Source: Patescibacteria group bacterium (GTDB lineage: Bacteria > Patescibacteriota > UBA1384 > XYA2-FULL-43-10). From it: 32,000 nucleotides of DNA. The DNA lies in assembly GCA_041674405.1 (NCBI GenBank), contig JBAYVT010000001.1:150001-182000 (forward strand), read 5' to 3'. Numbering within the stretch: the stretch's first letter is position 1; each line of letters opens with the position of its first letter. The notes beneath the pieces are model-generated. The model was not told the origin of the DNA and ran no database searches. It worked only from the letters and a program-made list of their open reading frames with translations. Below are positions 26,534 to 32,000 of the stretch, piece after piece. A program made the translations under genes and the position numbers.

Positions 26534-26579
26534 CCAAAAAATCACTCTGAAATTGTCGAAGAGTGATTTTTTGGGTGAG
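26534..26579. terminator. Hairpin cassette copy 2 (bidirectional terminator-like)
   Basis: AAAAAATCACTCT (26536-26548) / AGAGTGATTTTTT (26560-26572). Arms and flanks identical to 24734-24779; loop differs. Confidence 0.75.
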
Positions 26580-26770
26580 CCTTCAAGAAAAAGATACATT
26601 GGTGCGTCAAGTAACACTACTTGAAGGCCCGGATAATAAATCCCGGGACTTGTGTAGGGGAACATCATCAGGGAGCGCACATACTGAAATTCCCAAGGCC
26701 GTCAGGGCTAGCATTTGACGAGCCACTTGGATATTTTAGCAACACACAGGAAATATGTCAAAGGTCGAAG
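26580..26770 (-). ncRNA. Candidate structured RNA or long structured 3' UTR of idi, strand uncertain
   Basis: Dense inverted repeats (GCCTTCAAG...CTTGAAGGC; TCAAGTA-ACAC-TACTTGA; CCCGG...CCGGG; CCAAG..CGTCA...TGACG..CTTGG), no plausible ORF, and a terminator-like hairpin at the 26560 end. Confidence 0.35.
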
Positions 26771-26775
26771 AGATC

Positions 26776-27285
26776 TTAAAATGGTTTAATTATCCCCATC
26801 TTGATGATTTTCTTGAACCAAAATGTATAATTTTGCGGGTTTCTTAAGATATCGTCTTTTAGAGCGCTTAATGAAATCCACTTCGTGGTCTCAATTTCAG
26901 CCGGATCCGGATGAATCGGCCCATTATACTTGCCAATAAATACAACATCGTATTCGTTTTCAATAAGCCCATCATCAAAATCAGCGCGGTAAATGAACGG
27001 CTTTATTTTCTTGACTGGGCAATCGAATCCCACCTCTTCATGTAATCTACGATGAACAGCTGAAATGTAACGCTCCCCTGGTCGTGGATGACTACAGACG
27101 GTATTCGACCACAGACCACCAGAGTGATATTTGCTTGAGTGCCTTTTTTGCAAGAGAAGCTCACCCTTATTGTTAAACACAAAAACCGAAAATGCGCGGT
27201 GGAGAAGGCCTTTTTTGTGAGCCTCAAGTTTCTCTTCCGTTCCTAGTTTTCGGTTTGATTTATTAACTAGAACAACTTGTTCCAT
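26776..27285 (-). CDS. idi: Isopentenyl-diphosphate delta-isomerase type I
   Basis: LLHRAFSVFVFNNKGELLLQKRHSSKYHSGGLWSNTVCSHPRPGE...AVHRRLHEEVGFDC...ENEYDVVFIG. Confidence 0.94.
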   Translation of the reverse strand: MEQVVLVNKSNRKLGTEEKLEAHKKGLLHRAFSVFVFNNKGELLLQKRHSSKYHSGGLWSNTVCSHPRPGERYISAVHRRLHEEVGFDCPVKKIKPFIYRADFDDGLIENEYDVVFIGKYNGPIHPDPAEIETTKWISLSALKDDILRNPQNYTFWFKKIIKMGIIKPF

Positions 27286-27317
27286 AAATTTTGTAGTTAG
27301 AGATGAAAAATGAAAAT

Positions 27318-28400
27318 TTAATAGTCTCGCTTGACCATGTAATCAGCAAGCTTGAGCATGAAATCTTTGCCTTCTTTTTCGAGTTTCATTGAGTTAAGAG
27401 CGTTTGTAGCTTTTTTGACTAAATCCGAAGCTAATTTTTTGGAGTAATCAAGTGAACCTGTTTGCTCAATTATTTTGCGGACAGATTCAAGACCGCGGAT
27501 ATTTACCCGTTTGTTGCCAAGGTTCAGAAGAATTTTGTCTCTCTGGCTTGGCGTTGCTTTCTCAAGTGCGTCAAGAATAAGTAAGGTTTTTTTGCCTTCT
27601 TTAAGATCTGAAGTAACCGGTTTACCGACTTTCTCTTCTGAGCCGAACATGCCCAAGATGTCATCCTGAATCTGAAAAGCAGTACCTAATGGATATGAAT
27701 ATCTTTCAAGTCTCTTTATTTCGCGGTCATTTGCACCAGCTAACATTGCCCCAAGCTTGATTGGCCCATCAAAGGTATAGGGTACGGTTTTTAGCTCATG
27801 GATCTGGATTGTATCTCCCTTTTTTACGTCATCACGAATTTCAGAAAAAATATCGAGCGCCTGACCCATACCTTCAACTGCATAAATTTTGTTAAGCTCT
27901 GCTAAAGCTCGAGATTTGAAATTGGCTGCAAATTTACAGTTCGAGATAATCTCATTACTCATCGCACAAGAAATATCACCGGCTAAAATTCCAAGAGCGC
28001 TGCCAAAATCTTTAGAATTGGTCTTTCCATTGAACTTATCTTCCGCGATCAAGCGATAGCTTTCATGAATAGTCATCCCGCCACGGCGCAACACATCATC
28101 ATCCATTATGTCGTCATGGATAAGAAGATATGTTTCCGAAAGTTCCATCGACATCGCTGCTTTTATCGCCTCACGTTTGTTTTTTCCGCCATGGGCAATG
28201 TAGCTATAATACAAAAGAGCGGCTCGAATTCTCTTTCCGCCTCGGAGGGTCAGATCATAAATGTGATCCATCAGCTCTTTGGCGTAAGGAGAAATTTTTG
28301 CCGCCTCACTTACTTTTCCCTTTAGATATTTCTCAAGCTCTTTATCTAAAATTTTCTTGAATTTTGCTAGTTGTTCCTTGGCACCCATATTAGTCCTCAA
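27318..28400 (-). CDS. Polyprenyl (geranylgeranyl/farnesyl-type) diphosphate synthase
   Basis: GGKRIRAALL, LIHDDIMDDDVLRRG (first Asp-rich motif), FQIQDDILGMFG (second), KEGKKTLLILDAL. Confidence 0.93.
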   Translation of the reverse strand: MRTNMGAKEQLAKFKKILDKELEKYLKGKVSEAAKISPYAKELMDHIYDLTLRGGKRIRAALLYYSYIAHGGKNKREAIKAAMSMELSETYLLIHDDIMDDDVLRRGGMTIHESYRLIAEDKFNGKTNSKDFGSALGILAGDISCAMSNEIISNCKFAANFKSRALAELNKIYAVEGMGQALDIFSEIRDDVKKGDTIQIHELKTVPYTFDGPIKLGAMLAGANDREIKRLERYSYPLGTAFQIQDDILGMFGSEEKVGKPVTSDLKEGKKTLLILDALEKATPSQRDKILLNLGNKRVNIRGLESVRKIIEQTGSLDYSKKLASDLVKKATNALNSMKLEKEGKDFMLKLADYMVKRDY

Positions 28401-28830
28401 CGATTTTAACTAATACCTTGCGGTTTTCTCTGGGACCATCGAGCTCTATAAGTCCTATGTCTTGATATGTGCCGAGGTTTAGCTTTCCATTTTCTATATC
28501 GATAATGATATTTTGATTGGTGAGGACCTGACGAACATGGCTTGGACCATTGATATCATCAGTTTTGCATATTTTTTTCGGGTTATCTGTGCATCTATGT
28601 TTGTACTTGGTTCCGTCATCATCCACCATTTTAGTAAGCTGGTCGATGATATCCTCACAAAGGTGCGGCTCGCATGATTCCTGCATCATCAAACCTAAAG
28701 TAGTGTGGAGCGTATAAGCAAAAAGAGTACCATTTTTAATTCCGCTTTCTGTGACAACTTTTTCTATATCCTCCGTGACTGGAATAATTTCCGCTTTTTT
28801 GTTGGTAGTATACGAAAGAACCTTTTTCAT
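28390..28830 (-). CDS. YjbQ/UPF0047 family protein
   Basis: GTLFAYTLHTTLGLMMQESCEP, NGPSHVRQVLTNQNIIIDIENGKLNLGTYQDIGLIELDGPRENRKVLVKI. Confidence 0.88.
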   Translation of the reverse strand: MKKVLSYTTNKKAEIIPVTEDIEKVVTESGIKNGTLFAYTLHTTLGLMMQESCEPHLCEDIIDQLTKMVDDDGTKYKHRCTDNPKKICKTDDINGPSHVRQVLTNQNIIIDIENGKLNLGTYQDIGLIELDGPRENRKVLVKIVED

Positions 28831-29004
28831 TTTTCCCTTCTCCGTTCAATTTTAAATATAAAACAATCTTACTCGCATATATCAGTTTTTTCAAACATCA
28901 AAATATACCAGAAATATCTCATTTTGTCAATCTAGGGCTACTCTACTTTTTGAATTGGAACTTTTGAGGTAAAATGGAAGAAGAAAATTGGATGGGGATT
29001 TTGA

Positions 29005-29862
29005 ATGTCAAAGGTTCTAAAAACAATTTGGAGTGAATTTATTTACGGAGGACACCTATTATCAATTGGCTCTGCAGGCATTGTATTTTCCGCTGCAAAA
29101 CTTATTGGCAGCAGTTATGACTGGGCGATATTAATAGTGGTGTATTGCTTTTCCCAAGCGATTTATCTTTTTAATAGACTAGAAGAATTCGAAACGGATA
29201 TAGAAACAAATCCCTCGAGAACAGAGCATATAAAGAATCGCCTCAAAAGCCTTAAAATCGAGATCTTGGCCTATTTAGTATTCGCATACGTCATTATGAT
29301 TTACCAAAGAACATGGGGAGCGATATTTTTCAGCTTTATCCCATTGTTTATCGGATGGACGTACACAAAATATCTGAAAGATTTGACGTCTAAAATTATC
29401 GGCCTGAAAACAATAATCGTGTCAATCACATGGGCACTTTTATTACCATTTTATTATCTTTATTTTGAGATTTCTTCAAATCTAATGACTTTTCTGCTTG
29501 TTTTTCTGTTTATTTTGTTAAGGTGGGTTCTAAACACAAGCTTCTTTGACGTTAAAGACATTGCTGGCGACCAGAAAATTGGCCTAAAAACCTACCCTGT
29601 CTACTTTGGGATAAAAAGGTATATGTTATACGCAAAAATATTAAATTTCGTTTCTGTTGTCCCAATAGTAATTGGGGTTATCAATAGTATATTTCCGAAA
29701 TGGGCACTAGTTTTTGTAATATTAATCCCTTTTATTCATGTTTGTCTAAATAATTCCCAAAAGTATCCCAAAAAAATGTCATATTATTATGTTTATGCAG
29801 ATTCTGAGTTCATAGTTTGGGCACTTTTAGTCGTAATTGGCTTGAATTTAACACGCATATGA
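29005..29862 (+). CDS. UbiA-family prenyltransferase-like membrane protein
   Basis: NRLEEFETD (NDxxDxxxD-like) and DVKDIAGDQKIGLKTYP (second Asp-rich motif), with multiple hydrophobic segments. Confidence 0.82.
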   Translation: MSKVLKTIWSEFIYGGHLLSIGSAGIVFSAAKLIGSSYDWAILIVVYCFSQAIYLFNRLEEFETDIETNPSRTEHIKNRLKSLKIEILAYLVFAYVIMIYQRTWGAIFFSFIPLFIGWTYTKYLKDLTSKIIGLKTIIVSITWALLLPFYYLYFEISSNLMTFLLVFLFILLRWVLNTSFFDVKDIAGDQKIGLKTYPVYFGIKRYMLYAKILNFVSVVPIVIGVINSIFPKWALVFVILIPFIHVCLNNSQKYPKKMSYYYVYADSEFIVWALLVVIGLNLTRI

Positions 29863-31517
29863 GCATAGACCTAATAAAATTATTATTTCTAATATTGGGA
29901 GCTGCCCTAACTTCGATTATCGCATTTTTCGTTTATCAGTCAGATCGTAAACGGACGCAAAACCGCTTTTTCGTAGCAATGTCGTTTTTTGGCATACTTT
30001 GGCTGTTATTCGCATATTTTTCGGTTGTGGACGCAGATCTAACAAGAGCAGCAATTTGGGCAAAATTGAATTTTGCATCTGTAACAATTTTTATCATTCT
30101 TTCATATTTTTTTGTAATTAATTTCTTTAAAAAGACTAAAACCACGAGAGCTGTCGATTATGCCATCGTGGCTTTTGGAACTGTATTATTATTTACTGTC
30201 ACATTTTCTCGTCTGATAATTGACAGTACTAGCTCGGAAACATGGGGGAATCAAATCAATTATGGTCCTTTGTGGTTATGTTACGTACTTGCCATTAGCC
30301 TGATTGGCGGATATTCAGTATTTATTCTGCTCCAAAAATATAAGGATCTCGACACTGAAGGAAAAAGCAAATTAAAGTATTTTCTTGTTGGTGTATTTTT
30401 ATTTTTTCTTGGCAACCTAATTTTTAACGCTTTGATAAATTTGATAGTCGATTCAAATAAATTTGACTCTTTCGGTGACTACTCAATCCTTATATTTCTG
30501 GGATTTACGGCGTACGCAATTATTAAAGACAAACTTTTTGATATCAAGTTGATTGCAACCCAAATTATTGTTATCGCGCTTTCGGTTTCATTATTGATTG
30601 AAGTATTTATTTCCAACACGCTGAGCGAAGGAGCGATAAAGGCTATTATTTGGGGATTGGCAACTTACGGTGGATATTTATTAATCAAGTCAGTTCAGGT
30701 TGAAATCAAGCAGCGGGAAGATTTGGCGGTTTTGGCAAAGAAACTTGAAAAGGCAAACGATGATCTTAAAAAAATGGATCAGCTCAAGGATGATTTTATA
30801 TCGATGGCATCGCACGAGCTCAATACGCCTGTTTCAGCTATTAAGGGGTATATGTCCATGATCTTGGAGGAGGGGCTTGGCGGCAAAATCCCCGATCAGG
30901 TGCGAAGCTATCTCGAGAAGGTATATTCTTCTTCGCAAAGGTTGGCATCCATGATCAAGGATCTTCTCAATGTTTCACGTATTGAATCTGGCAGAATACA
31001 CTTGATCTATGAGCAAAAGCCAATAGAAGAGCTGATAGACCAAGCCATTGGCGAGATTATGTCGAAGGCAAAAGAAGCCAATCATACCCTTGTGTTTAAT
31101 AAACCAGAAAAGGCGTTGCCGCTTACCTGGTTTGATGTGACAAGAATTATGGAAATCCTCATCAATATTATTGGCAATTCAATCAAATATACTGATCCGG
31201 GTGGCAAGATCGAAGTTTCGGCATCAGCCGAGGACAAGCTTATCACTGTTGCGATCAAAGACAATGGCCGCGGTATCCCGAAAGAAAAGCAGGACCAGGT
31301 ATTCTCCAAATTTACTCAGGTTGACGTACTTAAAGATGAGGTCAAAGGCACAGGCCTTGGCATGTACATTTCAAAAGAATTTATTAATCTCCACAAAGGC
31401 AAAATTTGGTTTGAGTCTGATGGCGAAAATAAAGGCACGACGTTTTACTTTTCACTGCCAATTTTGAAGGAGAAACCTCTCGACCCTCACGAAGGAGAAG
31501 GAGCCGTTTTGCACTAG
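29859..31517 (+). CDS. Sensor histidine kinase with multi-pass N-terminal membrane domain
   Basis: H box MASHELNTPVSAIKGY, N box NIIGNSIKYTDPGG, G boxes KDNGRGIPKE and GTGLGMYISKEFI. ATG at 29859 overlaps the upstream stop (ATGA); the track start is 29817. Confidence 0.93.
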   Translation: MSIDLIKLLFLILGAALTSIIAFFVYQSDRKRTQNRFFVAMSFFGILWLLFAYFSVVDADLTRAAIWAKLNFASVTIFIILSYFFVINFFKKTKTTRAVDYAIVAFGTVLLFTVTFSRLIIDSTSSETWGNQINYGPLWLCYVLAISLIGGYSVFILLQKYKDLDTEGKSKLKYFLVGVFLFFLGNLIFNALINLIVDSNKFDSFGDYSILIFLGFTAYAIIKDKLFDIKLIATQIIVIALSVSLLIEVFISNTLSEGAIKAIIWGLATYGGYLLIKSVQVEIKQREDLAVLAKKLEKANDDLKKMDQLKDDFISMASHELNTPVSAIKGYMSMILEEGLGGKIPDQVRSYLEKVYSSSQRLASMIKDLLNVSRIESGRIHLIYEQKPIEELIDQAIGEIMSKAKEANHTLVFNKPEKALPLTWFDVTRIMEILINIIGNSIKYTDPGGKIEVSASAEDKLITVAIKDNGRGIPKEKQDQVFSKFTQVDVLKDEVKGTGLGMYISKEFINLHKGKIWFESDGENKGTTFYFSLPILKEKPLDPHEGEGAVLH

Positions 31518-31729
31518 CAAAACGGAATGACAAATTCCTAATATCAAATGTCTAATAAATTGGATATATTTCCGTATTAGTCCTAGGTAAATTGAACTAA
31601 GCTAGAACTTAGATGTCTTTCGATTGCACTCGGGATCAATGCCCCTGTCATTTAATGAAGTATTTGGGAATTATTAGCTTCTGTAAAAGATAATTCTGCC
31701 AAGTACTTGTGCCGAGCGAAGTCGAGGCA

Positions 31730-31756
31730 TTGACATTATGTAAAGTATACTTTACA
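31730..31756 (+). promoter_or_regulatory. Palindromic operator candidate overlapping a promoter-like sequence upstream of dnaK
   Basis: TTGACA at 31730-31735, then the perfect 18-bp palindrome TGTAAAGTATACTTTACA at 31739-31756. Confidence 0.5.
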
Positions 31757-31788
31757 TTTATAAAGAAGGTCAATTTGCCGGCCTGGCT

Positions 31789-31835
31789 CCTTACCAAGGA
31801 GTTGCCTACCCCCTCCGGGCGGCTCCTTGGTAAGG
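31789..31835. repeat. 13-bp perfect inverted repeat in the dnaK leader
   Basis: CCTTACCAAGGAG (31789-31801) / CTCCTTGGTAAGG (31823-31835). Confidence 0.8.
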
Positions 31836-31981
31836 GGTCGGGTCACCATAATCCAAAGCAGATTGGCCTTCAGCCAAACACAACCCGACTAAAGAACCAA
31901 AGAACGCAAGAACAAGTATTCAACAAAGTGGTTCTTGGGTTCATTAGTCCATAAGTTCTTAAGTTTCTACGAAGGAGAAAA

Positions 31982-32000
31982 ATGGGTAAAATTATCGGAA
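31982..32000 (+). CDS. dnaK: Probable molecular chaperone DnaK, only first 6 codons in window
   Basis: SD GAAGGAG then ATGGGTAAAATTATCGGA = MGKIIG, the typical DnaK N-terminus. Too short to be certain. Confidence 0.6.

Noticed and set aside
24734-26579. The exact 1800-bp spacing between the two hairpin cassettes as a sign of a large direct duplication
   Set aside because: Sequences outside the about 46-bp cassette do not match, so the spacing appears coincidental.
31709-31954. + strand 81-aa ORF in the dnaK leader
   Set aside because: It overlaps multiple inverted repeats and the promoter-like region. Its composition looks non-coding.
1-32000. CRISPR arrays, transposons, rRNA or tRNA genes
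   Set aside because: No regularly spaced repeats, transposase motifs, rRNA signatures or tRNA T-loop/acceptor patterns were recognised by eye. A tRNAscan-SE/Infernal run would be needed to exclude a divergent tRNA.

Overview
The window is AT-rich and looks like a small-genome bacterial contig. A candidate-phyla/Patescibacteria-like host is my inference, not proven. There are three blocks of interest. (1) A compact NRPS operon on the + strand (11829-22709) encodes a histone-deacetylase-like amidohydrolase, a six-domain NRPS (A-T-C-A-T-E), a second NRPS that is C-T-C with no A and no TE domain, and an Sfp-type phosphopantetheinyl transferase. A class III aminotransferase and a GNAT converge on it from the - strand. 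(2) Two aminoacyl-tRNA synthetases carry whole extra enzyme domains spliced in-frame. IleRS (partial, - strand, 1-2529) contains a complete RHG-type histidine phosphatase. LeuRS (- strand, 6110-9547) contains both a nucleotidyltransferase-like domain and a perfect-consensus NUDIX domain inside its editing (CP1) region. (3) There is an isoprenoid block (idi, polyprenyl diphosphate synthase, YjbQ/UPF0047 protein, UbiA-family prenyltransferase), then a 7TM sensor histidine kinase and, at the right edge, the probable start of dnaK behind a structured leader. Other items include a decayed NUDIX gene fragment, two unusually GC-rich small ORFs (one with a TTG start, missing from the ORF track), a twice-used hairpin cassette, and a structured intergenic region that may encode an RNA. 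No CRISPR array, rRNA or tRNA was recognised.
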